NCBI GenBank assembly: GCA_047150005.1
Contig: AP038806.1
Coordinates: 1,376,001 to 1,440,000 of the forward strand
Direction: 5' to 3'
From: Nitrospira sp.
GTDB taxonomy: Bacteria; Nitrospirota; Nitrospiria; Nitrospirales; Nitrospiraceae
Length of the DNA: 64,000 nt
Shown here: positions 54,285 to 64,000 of the stretch, in pieces
Layout: every line of letters starts with the position of its first letter
How positions within the stretch are numbered: the first letter of the stretch is position 1
Position numbers and translations under genes: made by a program
The notes under the pieces: generated by a model
Databases searched by the model: none
What the model saw: only the letters and a program-made list of their open reading frames with translations
Told to the model about the DNA's origin: nothing

Positions 54285-54450
54285 TGTCATTGTTTCCTGA
54301 CACCCGACAGCACCTTTCCTTCTATCTTCGGCATTTTTCAAGCATTTCTGTCAAGATCGACCCGCTGTCAGTCTTCGCTGACACATAAATACTAATATAA
54401 ATCAGAAACTTATGTTACTCACCTCCTCTCGTCGTCAGGCTCTACTGACA
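54285..54450. promoter_or_regulatory. Three palindromic TGTCA-N8-TGACA sites (candidate enhancer)
   Basis: 54285-54302 TGTCAttgtttccTGACA; 54366-54383 TGTCAgtcttcgcTGACA; 54433-54450 CGTCAggctctacTGACA. Confidence 0.7.
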
Positions 54451-54517
54451 GGACTTCCCTTTCGCTGGAATTTCTCTCAACAATCGACTCCCACGTCACG
54501 CCGATAAGATATTGATT
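54400..54517. promoter_or_regulatory. Two IHF-consensus sites
   Basis: AATCAGAAACTTA (54400-54412, plus) and AATCAATATCTTA (54505-54517, minus) match WATCAR-N4-TTR. Confidence 0.55.
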
Positions 54518-54575
54518 TTAAGACGTAAATGTCTCTCTGTTTTCTAGCGGTTCGCCTCGCATTGATGCGAGCAGC

Positions 54576-54591
54576 AGGCACAGTGCTTGTA
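54576..54591 (+). promoter_or_regulatory. Candidate sigma-54 -24/-12 promoter of nxrA
   Basis: AGGCACAGTGCTTGTA versus TGGCAC-N5-TTGCW; correct spacing, variant -12. Confidence 0.55.
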
Positions 54592-54745
54592 AAAGATGTC
54601 CCTGGACAGAGCGACGAAGTGTCTTATTCGTGCGACTCGACCTTGGCTGAAAGGGGGTGGGAGGAAGGGTCGGCCGACCTTTCAGAATTGACAGAGGTAA
54701 CGACAGCGTTACGCAAGATTGTCTTTGAAGTAGGAGGTGTTCGCG

Positions 54746-57700
54746 ATGCAGCAATCACTTGTCTCACGTCGGCAGTTCCTCAAAATTACAGCTGGAACGG
54801 TCGCGGCTGTGGCAGTAGCGGACAAGGTTCTGGCCTTGACGGCGCTGCAGCCGGTCATCGAAGTGGGTAACCCACTGGGTGACTATCCAGATCGATCCTG
54901 GGAGCGTGTCTATCACGACCAGTATCGTTACGATTCGTCTTTTACGTGGTGTTGTTGCCCGAACGACACCCACGGATGCCGCGTTCGCGCCTTTGTTCGC
55001 AACGGCGTGGTCATGCGGGTCGAACAGAACTATGACCATCAGACGTACGAAGATCTCTACGGCAACCGCGGGACTTTTGCACACAATCCCCGGATGTGCC
55101 TGAAAGGGTTTACGTTCCACCGCCGCGTGTACGGTCCCTATCGCTTGAAGGGACCGTTGATGCGGAAGGGTTGGAAGGAATGGATGGATGCCGGCTCGCC
55201 CGAGTTGACGCCGGATGTGAAGCGGAAATACAAATTCGACGCGCGCTTCCTCGATGACATGATGCGCGTCTCCTGGGACACCGCGGCGACCTATGCGGCC
55301 AAGGGCTGCATCCTCATCGCGACCCGGTACAGCGGCGAAGCCGGTGCGCGGCGTCTGCGCGAGCAGGGGTATGCGCCGGAAATGATCGAGATGATGAAGG
55401 GCGCCGGAGTTCGGTGTTTCAAACATCGGGCCGGCATGCCTGTGCTCGGCATCATCGGTAAGATGATGAACACCCGCTTTAACGGCGGCGTGTTGCCGCT
55501 TCTGGATTCCTGGATCCGCAAAGTGGACGCGGACAGGGCCCAGGGTGGAAAGTACTATTCAAACTACACCTGGCACGGCGACCAGGATCCCTCCCATCCG
55601 TGGTGGAACGGCACGCAGAACTGCGACGTCGACCTGTCCGACATGCGGTTTAGCAAGCTAAACACCAGCTGGGGGAAGAACTTCGTCGAAAACAAGATGC
55701 CGGAAGCCCACTGGAAGCTCGAGTCCATCGAGCGTGGCGGCCGCATCGTCGTGATCACGCCCGAGTACAATCCGACGGCCTATCGGGCCGACTACTGGAT
55801 TCCGGTTCGTCCGGAGACGGACTCGGCGCTGTTCTTGGGTGGTTGCAAAATCATCCTCGACGAGAATCTGCAGGACATCGACTATATCAAGCAGTTTACC
55901 GACCTTCCCATCCTGGTCCGGACGGACACGCTCCAATATCTGGATCCGCGCGACGTCGTCCCTGATTTCAAGTTCCCGGATCACTCCAAGAGTTATTCGG
56001 GACGGATTCAGGCGTTGAAGCCGGAGCAGATCGAGCGGTTGGGCGGATTCATGATGTACGACCTGGCGAAAAAACAGCCGGTCTATGTCAACCGGGAACA
56101 GGTCGGTTTCCATTTCGTGCAGACTGGAATCGATCCAGCGTTGACCGGGACTTTCCGCGTCAAGCTGTTGAACGGTCGCGAAGTGGACGTATCGCCGATC
56201 TACCAGATGTACCTGGTCCATCTCCAGGACTACGATCTGGACACGGTGAATCAGATCACCCGGTCACCCAAGGACTTGATCGTCCGCTGGGGTCGGGATT
56301 CAGGCACCGTGAAGCCGGCGGCCATGCACAACGGCGAAGGTGTGTGTCACTACTTCCATATGACGGAAATGGGTCGGGCGGCGGCATTCGTCCTGACCTT
56401 GACTGGCAATATGGGAAAATTCGGCACGGGCTGTCATACCTGGTCCGGCAACTACAAAGCCGGTATCTGGAACGCCACCCCCTGGTCGGGGGCCGGCTTG
56501 GCGGTGCATACGGGCGAGGATCCGTTCAACCAGACCCTCGATCCGAATGCGCACGGCAAGGAAATCAAGACGAAGTCCTACTACTACGGCGAGGAGGTCG
56601 GGTATTGGAATCATGGCGACACCGCCCTGATCGTCAATACGCCGAAGTATGGACGCAAGGTGTTCACGGGCAAAACCCACATGCCGAGCCCGAGCAAGGT
56701 GCGGTGGGTGACCAACGTGAACATTCTGAACAACGCCAAGCACCACTATGACATGGTGCGCAACGTGGATCCGAACATCGAGATGATCGTCACGCAAGAC
56801 ATTGAGATGACCTCGGACGTCAACCACGCCGACATCGCCTTTGCCTGCAACTCCTGGATGGAATTCACCTATCCGGAAATGACGGCGACGGTGTCGAATC
56901 CGTGGGTGCAAATCTGGAAAGGCGGCATCCGGCCGCTGTACGACACCCGCAACGATGCCGACACCTTTGCGGCCGTGGCGGCCAGACTGACGGAAATGAC
57001 GGGCGATGTCCGTATCCGTCAGGTGTTCCACTTCGTGTATCAGAACCGCGTGGACGTGTACGTCCAACGCGCGCTCGACGCCAGCGCGACCTGCTATGGG
57101 TACAACGCTGACGTGATGCTGAAGTCGGAGAAGGGCTGGATGGTCATGGGACGGACCTATCCCCGCCATCCGCTCTGGGAAGAAACGAACGAATCGAAGC
57201 CACAGTGGACGCGATGCGGTCGTATTGAAACCTACCGTATCGAGCCCGAGGCGATCGAGTACGGGGAAAACTTCATCGTGCACCGGGAAGGCCCGGAGGC
57301 GACCCCGTATCTGCCGAACGCCATCTTCACGACCAACCCGTACGTCCGGCCGGACGACTACGGCATTCCGATCACGGCGCAGCACCATGACGACAAGCAT
57401 GTGCGCAACATCAAGTTGCCATGGTCGGAAATCAAGCGGCATGCCAACCCGTTGTGGGAGAAGGGCTACCAGTTCTACTGCGTGACGCCCAAGACCCGGC
57501 ACCGGGTGCACAGCCAGTGGTCGGTGAACGACTGGGTGCAGATTTACGAGTCGAACTTCGGCGATCCGTACCGCATGGACAAACGGACGCCGGGCGTCGG
57601 CGAGCACCAGTTGCATATCAACCCGCAGGCGGCCAAAGACCGCGGCATCAACGACGGCGACTACGTCTACGTGGACGGCAACCCGGTGGACCGGCCCTAT

Positions 57701-58192
57701 CGCGGCTGGAAACCCTCGGATCCGTTCTACAAGGTCGCGCGCTTGATGATCCGGGCGAAGTACAACCCCGCCTATCCGTACCACGTGACGATGGCGAAGC
57801 ACGCCCCGTACGTGTCGACGGCGAAGTCGGTGAAGGGCCACGAGACCCGGCCGGACGGCCGAGCCATCGCGGTGGACACCGGCTATCAGTCCAACTTCCG
57901 GTACGGGGCCCAACAGTCCTTTACCCGGTCGTGGCTGATGCCGATGCACCAGACCGACTCCCTCCCGGGCAAACACGCGATTGCCTGGAAGTTCAAGTGG
58001 GGCTATGCGATCGACCACCACGCGGTCAATACGACGCCGAAGGAATGTCTGATCCGCATCACCAAGGCGGAAGACGGCGGCATCGGCGCGCGGGGCCCGT
58101 GGGAACCGGTTCGCACCGGCTTTACCCCGGGACAGGAGAACGAGTTCATGATCAAGTGGCTCAAAGGTGAGCACATCAAGATCAAGGTGTAA
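54746..58192 (+). CDS. nxrA: Nitrite oxidoreductase alpha subunit (periplasmic, Nitrospira type)
   Basis: Tat motif SRRQFLK; C..NDTH.C and NPRMCLKG Fe-S motif; NYTWHGDQ; AGGAGG RBS. Confidence 0.97.
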   Translation: MQQSLVSRRQFLKITAGTVAAVAVADKVLALTALQPVIEVGNPLGDYPDRSWERVYHDQYRYDSSFTWCCCPNDTHGCRVRAFVRNGVVMRVEQNYDHQTYEDLYGNRGTFAHNPRMCLKGFTFHRRVYGPYRLKGPLMRKGWKEWMDAGSPELTPDVKRKYKFDARFLDDMMRVSWDTAATYAAKGCILIATRYSGEAGARRLREQGYAPEMIEMMKGAGVRCFKHRAGMPVLGIIGKMMNTRFNGGVLPLLDSWIRKVDADRAQGGKYYSNYTWHGDQDPSHPWWNGTQNCDVDLSDMRFSKLNTSWGKNFVENKMPEAHWKLESIERGGRIVVITPEYNPTAYRADYWIPVRPETDSALFLGGCKIILDENLQDIDYIKQFTDLPILVRTDTLQYLDPRDVVPDFKFPDHSKSYSGRIQALKPEQIERLGGFMMYDLAKKQPVYVNREQVGFHFVQTGIDPALTGTFRVKLLNGREVDVSPIYQMYLVHLQDYDLDTVNQITRSPKDLIVRWGRDSGTVKPAAMHNGEGVCHYFHMTEMGRAAAFVLTLTGNMGKFGTGCHTWSGNYKAGIWNATPWSGAGLAVHTGEDPFNQTLDPNAHGKEIKTKSYYYGEEVGYWNHGDTALIVNTPKYGRKVFTGKTHMPSPSKVRWVTNVNILNNAKHHYDMVRNVDPNIEMIVTQDIEMTSDVNHADIAFACNSWMEFTYPEMTATVSNPWVQIWKGGIRPLYDTRNDADTFAAVAARLTEMTGDVRIRQVFHFVYQNRVDVYVQRALDASATCYGYNADVMLKSEKGWMVMGRTYPRHPLWEETNESKPQWTRCGRIETYRIEPEAIEYGENFIVHREGPEATPYLPNAIFTTNPYVRPDDYGIPITAQHHDDKHVRNIKLPWSEIKRHANPLWEKGYQFYCVTPKTRHRVHSQWSVNDWVQIYESNFGDPYRMDKRTPGVGEHQLHINPQAAKDRGINDGDYVYVDGNPVDRPYRGWKPSDPFYKVARLMIRAKYNPAYPYHVTMAKHAPYVSTAKSVKGHETRPDGRAIAVDTGYQSNFRYGAQQSFTRSWLMPMHQTDSLPGKHAIAWKFKWGYAIDHHAVNTTPKECLIRITKAEDGGIGARGPWEPVRTGFTPGQENEFMIKWLKGEHIKIKV

Positions 58193-58275
58193 GGACAACG
58201 GACTTGCAGCTTGAGCTGCGATGACACCCATGAGACCACGTAACCAACTGATCATGACCAGAAGGAGGATTCACA

Positions 58276-59565
58276 ATGCCAGAAGTCTATAACTGGCAAC
58301 TGGGACGGAAGATGCTGTATCCGTATGAGGAGCGGCATCCGAAGTGGCAGTTTGCCTTTGTGTTCAATATCAACCGGTGTTTGGCGTGTCAGACGTGTTC
58401 GATGGCGGACAAGTCGACCTGGCTGTTTTCGAAGGGCCAGGAATACATGTGGTGGAACAACGTGGAGACCAAGCCGTACGGGGGGTATCCGCAGTTCTAC
58501 GACGTGAAGATCACGCAGTTGATCGAGCAAGTGAACCCGGGGGGGCAGGTGTGGAACGTGCGGGTGGGCCGCAAGCACCATGCGCCCTACGGGGTGTTCG
58601 AAGGGATGACCATTTTCGACGCGGGGGCCAAGGTGGGCCAGGCGGCGATCGGGTACATTCCGACGGACCAGGAATGGCGCTTCGTGAACATCTACGAGGA
58701 CACGGCGACCTCGATGCGCTCGTTGGTGGAGGGCATCGATCGGTCGGGGTTCTCGCGCGATGAGCCGTGGCGGCTGTCCGGCAGCTCGCTGCCGGAGCAC
58801 GAGACGTTCTTCTTCTACCTGCAGCGGATTTGTAATCACTGCACCTACCCTGGCTGTTTGGCCGCCTGCCCGCGCAAGGCGATCTATAAACGGCCGGAAG
58901 ACGGCATTGTGTTGATCGACCAGAACCGCTGCCGCGGGTACAAGAAGTGCGTGGAGCAGTGCCCGTTCAAGAAGCCGATGTACCGGGGGACGACCCGGGT
59001 GTCGGAGAAGTGCATTGCGTGCTATCCGCGGATCGAGGGGAAGGATCCGCTGACGGGCGGCGAGCCGATGGAAACGCGCTGTATGGCGGCGTGCGTGGGC
59101 AAGATCCGCATGCAGAGCCTGGTGCGCATCGGCGAAGACGGCCTGTGGGCGGAGGATCGGTGGCACCCCCTGTACTACACCATTCGGGTGGAGCAGGTGG
59201 CGCTGCCCTTGTATCCGCAGTGGGGCACGGAGCCCAATGGCTACTACATTCCGCCGCGGCACAGCCCGCGGGGCTATGCCCGGCAGATGTTTGGGCCGGG
59301 CGTGGACAACGCCATTGAGAAGTATCTGGTGCCGAGCCGGGAGTTGTTGGCGGTGCTCCAGCTGTGGAGAGCCAGCCAGCAGATCGTCTTCCGGTATGAC
59401 GTCATTCCGGGCCCGAAGGTGTTTGAGACCCAGATTCACGGCAAGCGGTTCGAGATGTACAACGATACCGTGCTGGGCTTCAACAAGTCGGGCAAGGAAG
59501 TGGCGCGCATTCAGGTCGAAGAGCCGATCTACGTCCGACCCGCCGAACGGGTGAACTGGCTGTAG
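58276..59565 (+). CDS. nxrB: Nitrite oxidoreductase beta subunit
   Basis: MPEVYNWQLGR, CLACQTC, CNHCTYPGCLAACP, CRGYKKC, CIACYPR. Confidence 0.98.
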   Translation: MPEVYNWQLGRKMLYPYEERHPKWQFAFVFNINRCLACQTCSMADKSTWLFSKGQEYMWWNNVETKPYGGYPQFYDVKITQLIEQVNPGGQVWNVRVGRKHHAPYGVFEGMTIFDAGAKVGQAAIGYIPTDQEWRFVNIYEDTATSMRSLVEGIDRSGFSRDEPWRLSGSSLPEHETFFFYLQRICNHCTYPGCLAACPRKAIYKRPEDGIVLIDQNRCRGYKKCVEQCPFKKPMYRGTTRVSEKCIACYPRIEGKDPLTGGEPMETRCMAACVGKIRMQSLVRIGEDGLWAEDRWHPLYYTIRVEQVALPLYPQWGTEPNGYYIPPRHSPRGYARQMFGPGVDNAIEKYLVPSRELLAVLQLWRASQQIVFRYDVIPGPKVFETQIHGKRFEMYNDTVLGFNKSGKEVARIQVEEPIYVRPAERVNWL

Positions 59566-59578
59566 GCCGGCCCGGCGA

Positions 59579-59648
59579 GCCCGCGGCCTCGGGCCGCGGG
59601 CGGTCGAGCGCGGAAGGGCAGAGTCTTCATCGCAAGACTCTGCCCTTC
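59579..59648 (+). terminator. Two hairpins downstream of nxrB
   Basis: GCCCGCGGCC-tcg-GGCCGCGGGC, then a 15-bp perfect stem GAAGGGCAGAGTCTT-catcgc-AAGACTCTGCCCTTC; no clear U-tract. Confidence 0.6.
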
Positions 59649-59718
59649 GTCTATCGGCCTCGGCGAGCCCCCCCACCCCCGAAGCCTCGCCTCGGGATTA
59701 CGGACCCCAAAGGGACTC

Positions 59719-60363
59719 GTGGCACAAAAATCCAAACTGTGGGCCTACCTCGGTGCGGGAATTGTCCTGATCGTAATATTTTCCGTCGAGCAGATGATGC
59801 TCCTCCGTCAGTGGCAGGACAGCCTGGTCTCGCAGCAGCAGCGTAGTGCGATCCGCGAAGAGGTACTCATCCTGCGTCGTTGGACGGCGGATATCGACAA
59901 TGGGTTTCGCGGGTACGTCTTAATACGGCAACCATACTTCCTCGCACCCATGGTCATGGCCGAGGAAGAAATCCCGATGGCGCTGGAGCGCTTGACTCGA
60001 CTGACCAGCGAGACCCCCGCACTTCAGGGGAGCGTCCAGGTGCTCACGCGGCGGCTTGATGAACTGATCACGACCAAACGGCGGCTCGCCACGAAGATTG
60101 CCAACGGGGAATCGGATGAAGTCCTGACCTATGTCCGGACCGGAGAGGGACTGGCGCTGGCCAAAACCATCTCGGCGGCCTTCGATGATTTCGAAACCAA
60201 GATCGCCAGGCAATTTCCGGAAGCCGACCTGACTCCCCTCGAGCGACAGAGAAAAACACTATGGCAGTTGGTGGCCGCCCAGGCCGGCGCCGTATTCGTC
60301 GGAGTGCTGGTGATGGAACTGTTGCTCGCCGCCTTCACCGCCCCTCATCGTTCGGAAACATAA
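59719..60363 (+). CDS. Stand-alone CHASE3-domain membrane protein
   Basis: TM helix; DIDNGFRGYVL...FLAP motif; second TM helix; stop shortly after. Confidence 0.8.
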   Translation: MAQKSKLWAYLGAGIVLIVIFSVEQMMLLRQWQDSLVSQQQRSAIREEVLILRRWTADIDNGFRGYVLIRQPYFLAPMVMAEEEIPMALERLTRLTSETPALQGSVQVLTRRLDELITTKRRLATKIANGESDEVLTYVRTGEGLALAKTISAAFDDFETKIARQFPEADLTPLERQRKTLWQLVAAQAGAVFVGVLVMELLLAAFTAPHRSET

Positions 60364-60423
60364 TCCCTCTTTTGCCTCTTCGGCGCGACGGAACCGGTCG
60401 ACGGGTGACACGTTCGTCCCCGG

Positions 60424-61200
60424 TCACGGAATCGAAAACTCCGCCCAGAGAAAGGTATGGTCTGAGGGATCCTTGGCCCGACGAGGCTCGACGTCGACGT
60501 CGGCATTGATGCATTTTTCAGCCAGCGGCGCCGTCGCAAGAATGTGGTCGATGCGCCATCCTTTATTGCTTTCCAACGAACTCGGCGCCCGGTAATCCCA
60601 AAACGTATACTGTTGGCGGTCCGGATACAGCCGCACGAACACATCTTGGAATCCCCAGGCCAGAGCCGCCTGGTAAGCGTTCCTGGCATCCTCGTGATAG
60701 CAGACGTGCTTGAGATGCTTCTCGGGACTATGGACGTCCGTGGGTCTCGGCGCCACATTCATGTCCCCACACCAAATGGCCGGCGTATCCGGGGAAAGAT
60801 GCTTGTCGAAGTAGGCTCGGAGTCGCCTATACCACTCCAGTTTGTACGCGTATTTCGGCGAATCGATTTCAAACCCCTGCGGCACATAGGTATTGAGGAT
60901 CGGAATCCCGTCGATCACCGCGTGCAGCAGCCGAGGCTCGTCCGGTTCTCCTCCGTCGTCCAGCCCCGCCCGGACCGCGTCGGGTTTCTTTCGGCTCAGG
61001 ATCGCGACGCCGTTGTAGGACTTCATTCCACGAAACGTGATCTCATACCCGGAGGGAGCCAGGGCAAGCAGAGGGAATTCGCTGTCCTGGACTTTCGTCT
61101 CCTGTAGACAGAGCACATCGGGCTTCTGTTGCTCCAGCCAATCGAGCACGATCTGGAGACGTTTGCGCAGTGAATTGACGTTGAAGGTGGCGATCTTCAC
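60424..61200 (-). CDS. xth: Exodeoxyribonuclease III
   Basis: KIATFNVNS, CLQETK, YNGVAILS, GDMNVA, WRIDH, SDH; GTG start at 61200. Confidence 0.96.
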   Translation of the reverse strand: MKIATFNVNSLRKRLQIVLDWLEQQKPDVLCLQETKVQDSEFPLLALAPSGYEITFRGMKSYNGVAILSRKKPDAVRAGLDDGGEPDEPRLLHAVIDGIPILNTYVPQGFEIDSPKYAYKLEWYRRLRAYFDKHLSPDTPAIWCGDMNVAPRPTDVHSPEKHLKHVCYHEDARNAYQAALAWGFQDVFVRLYPDRQQYTFWDYRAPSSLESNKGWRIDHILATAPLAEKCINADVDVEPRRAKDPSDHTFLWAEFSIP

Positions 61201-61268
61201 AGTGTCACATCCCGAAGACCGCACGATGCTACCAGATGCCTCCCCGGAGGGACAAGCGGAGCTGCTGC

Positions 61269-62114
61269 TTATGACAGGCGAGGTGGGAAAGACGGGTCGG
61301 GAGCCAGAAATCGGCGGAAAATAGCCTGCTCGATTCTCGAACGGCCGCGGTCCGGAGCCGGAAACCGCAAGATCAAGTGGATGCGTCCCGCGTCGACCAG
61401 CTGGATCGTGACGCGAGGCTCCGGAGAGGGAGCCTCGAGCAGGTTGGTCTGTTCCAGGAGCTTCATCTGGCGGCTGGCCTCGGCCATGAAGGGCGCGCAT
61501 TCGGCCTTGGCCGCCTCGAGCAAGCGCTTCTCCCTTTCTTGCCAGTGCTCGTCCGAGTGGAGGGGCACCGTCAGCGTATAAAGCCCGTACTCCTGACCCG
61601 GATTCTCTTTGACCAGGGCGTTGGTGAAGAGGAGGCTGTTGGGAAACACCGTCACTCGACCGGTGTAGAGATGGGACGCCTGGCCGGGACCGATCTCCAG
61701 GAGCTTGGTCGTAAAAATATCATGGTCCAATACTACCCCTCGATGTCCAGCGATCTGGATGCGGTCGCCGACCGAGTAGACCTTGCCGCCGACCCGCAGC
61801 GCCGATCCGCTCCAGCAGAGCAAGAGTTCCTTGGTCGCAAGGACGAGTGCGGCGGCCAGGGCGACGAGGGAGACGGCGAAGGCCTGGAGCTCGTGGGCCC
61901 AGATCACCACCAGGCCGATCAGAAACGCGAAGAGAATCGAGTTTCTGGTCGTCACGACCCAGCGCCGCTTCGCTTCCATCGACAACCCGGTATTGCGCGA
62001 GATTCCTCGCACGACCAGGGCGCGGATGATCAGGAGCGACACCAGCAGAATGAGCGACTTGAGCCCATCCCAGCTCACCGAGCTATCGAAGCGGATCCAT
62101 TCAAATTGGGTCAC
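61269..62114 (-). CDS. MscS-family mechanosensitive channel
   Basis: Three N-terminal TM helices; YSVGDRIQI..RG.V; FPNS. Confidence 0.88.
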   Translation of the reverse strand: MTQFEWIRFDSSVSWDGLKSLILLVSLLIIRALVVRGISRNTGLSMEAKRRWVVTTRNSILFAFLIGLVVIWAHELQAFAVSLVALAAALVLATKELLLCWSGSALRVGGKVYSVGDRIQIAGHRGVVLDHDIFTTKLLEIGPGQASHLYTGRVTVFPNSLLFTNALVKENPGQEYGLYTLTVPLHSDEHWQEREKRLLEAAKAECAPFMAEASRQMKLLEQTNLLEAPSPEPRVTIQLVDAGRIHLILRFPAPDRGRSRIEQAIFRRFLAPDPSFPPRLS

Positions 62115-62223
62115 AACACTCCACGCTGGACGGCCGGTTCGACGACGGCGTTGTCAGATCCGCGTCGGAGTCACTCCGGGCGGCCCGGCTCACAGGGACT
62201 CTCGATATGGGGCGAGGATAGAT

Positions 62224-62649
62224 CTATTCGTTCTGCAGTAGGGCTTCGCGGGTACCCGGCACACATTCCTCCCGCTTCCATTGCTTGAGCACCTTCTGTT
62301 CATTGAACGTCAAGGTGTATCGATAACAGTAGAGTACTTCCTTGGGACCCTCACCTGGTTTCCCCAGCAGCGACGTGGCCTGTTTTGTGGCGTTGGCCAA
62401 TCCCGAGAAATGCAAACGACTCAGTTCTCGCTCGGCAAGCGGCACCCGATAGGTCCAGACACTGTCTCCACCGAGTGCGGGCGTTTTGGCCGTATGAGGC
62501 GGACCCAGTTTCTCGGTCACCTCGTCCTGCGTGAGTCGATTCACGCCCTTGTTGAAGTACCCGTCGCGCCAGGGGCCGCCGCAAGCGGCGACAAACAGGA
62601 TGCTCACGAGGAGTAGGAGGACGTGACGAACGGGGTGAGGGCGCATCAT
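62224..62649 (-). CDS. Putative lipoprotein (SmpA/BamE-like signature)
   Basis: Lipobox VAAC; TQDEVTEKLGPP, VWTY, LTF. Confidence 0.7.
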   Translation of the reverse strand: MMRPHPVRHVLLLLVSILFVAACGGPWRDGYFNKGVNRLTQDEVTEKLGPPHTAKTPALGGDSVWTYRVPLAERELSRLHFSGLANATKQATSLLGKPGEGPKEVLYCYRYTLTFNEQKVLKQWKREECVPGTREALLQNE

Positions 62650-62885
62650 GGTTTCGGACGGTCGTGAAGCTCCTGCATCCGCTTGATCGAACAATACAGC
62701 GCATACCCCTGCGCCAACATGCCCGTGACCAAGAGGCCCAGCGCCGTCTGAAGCCATCGGGATCCCTGTTCATCCAGTCCGTAGATCCCCATGACGAACC
62801 CCGAGGCGATGGCCACGATACCGACGAACCTGGCCATCATGGCGTTCATTCGCCAATTCACGCGGACAGGAGGTGGGGAATCCAT
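62646..62885 (-). CDS. Small two-TM membrane protein
   Basis: Two hydrophobic segments; stop overlaps the next start (ATGA); start uncertain. Confidence 0.65.
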   Translation of the reverse strand: MDSPPPVRVNWRMNAMMARFVGIVAIASGFVMGIYGLDEQGSRWLQTALGLLVTGMLAQGYALYCSIKRMQELHDRPKP

Positions 62886-62918
62886 GCTCTGTACGCTACA
62901 CTGGAAAGCGGCCCCGGT

Positions 62919-63590
62919 TCAACTCCGTGCAGCCCGGAGCTCGCGGGCCCGCACCTCCAGGGAGACGGCCTCCTCCCTCCGGCCTAATTTCCTCAAAACA
63001 TTGGCCAGCTCCTCCAAGGTCCTGGCGACCTCCGGGTGGGACGGACCCAACGCCTTTTCGCGTATGCTCAATGCCCTGCGATATAAAGGCTCCGCCCGTT
63101 CAGGCTGGCCCTGCGAAACCCGCAGCTGGGCCAGATTCGCCGCACTGAGCGCGACATCGGGATGCTCCGCTCCCAGAAGGCGCTCTTTAATGATCAGCGC
63201 TCGGGTCAGCAAGGGATCGGCCTCGGCATATTGCCCGTACATGCGATGCAGCACTCCGAGATTGTTCAAGGTGGCCGCCACATCAGGGTGGTCCTCACCG
63301 TGCACCTCCTGATAGATCTTGAGCGCCTGCAGATACAGCGGCTCGGCCTCGACGTGTTTGCCCTGTCCGGCATAGACCTGGGCCAGCTGCGACAGACTGA
63401 CGGCGACCCGACGATCGTGCAAGCCGAACTCTTCCGCCTTGCGCACCGCCGCGAGAAAGAACCGTTCCGCCTCCGCATAATTTCCTTGCTGAACAGCTTG
63501 TTGTCCCGCAGCCATGGTCGATTCCCACGTGGTCTGCTGGCAGGCCACGAACCAGCACGTGAGCAAGGCGGCCAGCAGGATGAGCCTCAT
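62919..63590 (-). CDS. TPR-repeat lipoprotein
   Basis: MRLILL...FVAC; repeated HPDVA.LNNL...AEPLY.RAL units. Confidence 0.9.
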   Translation of the reverse strand: MRLILLAALLTCWFVACQQTTWESTMAAGQQAVQQGNYAEAERFFLAAVRKAEEFGLHDRRVAVSLSQLAQVYAGQGKHVEAEPLYLQALKIYQEVHGEDHPDVAATLNNLGVLHRMYGQYAEADPLLTRALIIKERLLGAEHPDVALSAANLAQLRVSQGQPERAEPLYRRALSIREKALGPSHPEVARTLEELANVLRKLGRREEAVSLEVRARELRAARS

Positions 63591-64000
63591 AGCAACCCTA
63601 TTCGCTCGGCAAGGGATTCGGCCGGATACGTGATGATTTCGGCCAGAGTCGGATGATAATGAGGCATGCGGAGCAGGTCGGCGACAGTGCCGTGATAGTA
63701 CATGACTGCAATGAGCTCGTGGATGAGCTCTCCGGCCTCCGGTCCGACGATCTGGGCCCCGATCAATTTCCCGCCGGCCGGGGACGCCACCAGCTTGACG
63801 AATCCGTGATGGTCGCCGCGACACATGGCCTTCCCATGATCGGCAAACGGGTAGGAAGCGGCAAGATAGGGAATTCCTCCCGCGCGGCAGGCTATTTCGC
63901 TCAATCCCACCGTCGCGATCTGTGGTTCCGTAAAAATGACTTCGGTCACCAACCGGCCGTCGAACGATCGCAGCGGTCCCCCCGGCTGAAACGCGTTGAA
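63587..64000 (-). CDS. Pyridine nucleotide-disulfide oxidoreductase (Lpd/MerA-like), 3' end only
   Basis: FTEPQIATVG, GFVKL, GAQIVGPEAGELI, HYHPTLAE. Confidence 0.88.
   Translation of the reverse strand, partial: FNAFQPGGPLRSFDGRLVTEVIFTEPQIATVGLSEIACRAGGIPYLAASYPFADHGKAMCRGDHHGFVKLVASPAGGKLIGAQIVGPEAGELIHELIAVMYYHGTVADLLRMPHYHPTLAEIITYPAESLAERIGLL

Noticed and set aside
58276..59565. G-rich codon style of nxrB as evidence of transfer or gene conversion
   Set aside because: Impression only; cannot be quantified here and high expression could explain it
56300..59676. Long minus-strand ORFs (651 aa and 474 aa)
   Set aside because: Antisense to nxrA and nxrB; expected from strong codon bias in GC-rich genes

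Overview
A GC-rich bacterial window, almost certainly from a nitrite-oxidising Nitrospira (it carries Nitrospira-type periplasmic nxrA and nxrB). Most of it is core genome: kdpFABC-kdpD, an M16 peptidase pair, pyk, hemL, gmhA and rfaE2, dinB, mfd, two PPIases, engB, mtgA, dtd, ogt, murJ, lemA with two TPM genes, sdhCAB, nxrAB, xth and an MscS channel. I found no rRNA, tRNA, CRISPR array or transposase. The strongest unexplained signal is a family of inverted-repeat elements built from shuffled 7-nt modules (CGTGAAG, CGTATCT, CGTCGYT), usually four modules per 30-nt arm. One copy brackets a four-helix-bundle (IVS/Avd-like) gene inside an operon; four empty copies and one half copy sit at other gene junctions. 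Also notable: an in-frame TAG splitting a histidine-phosphatase/phosphofructokinase fusion; a 217-bp MITE-like element bounded by CTAG; an orphan, catalytically degenerate CARF-HEPN gene; a full sigma-54 enhancer layout upstream of nxrA next to an activator with Glu at its phosphoacceptor site; small ORFs missed by the ORF track; and several probably leaderless genes. Family assignments come from motif recognition by eye, not database searches.
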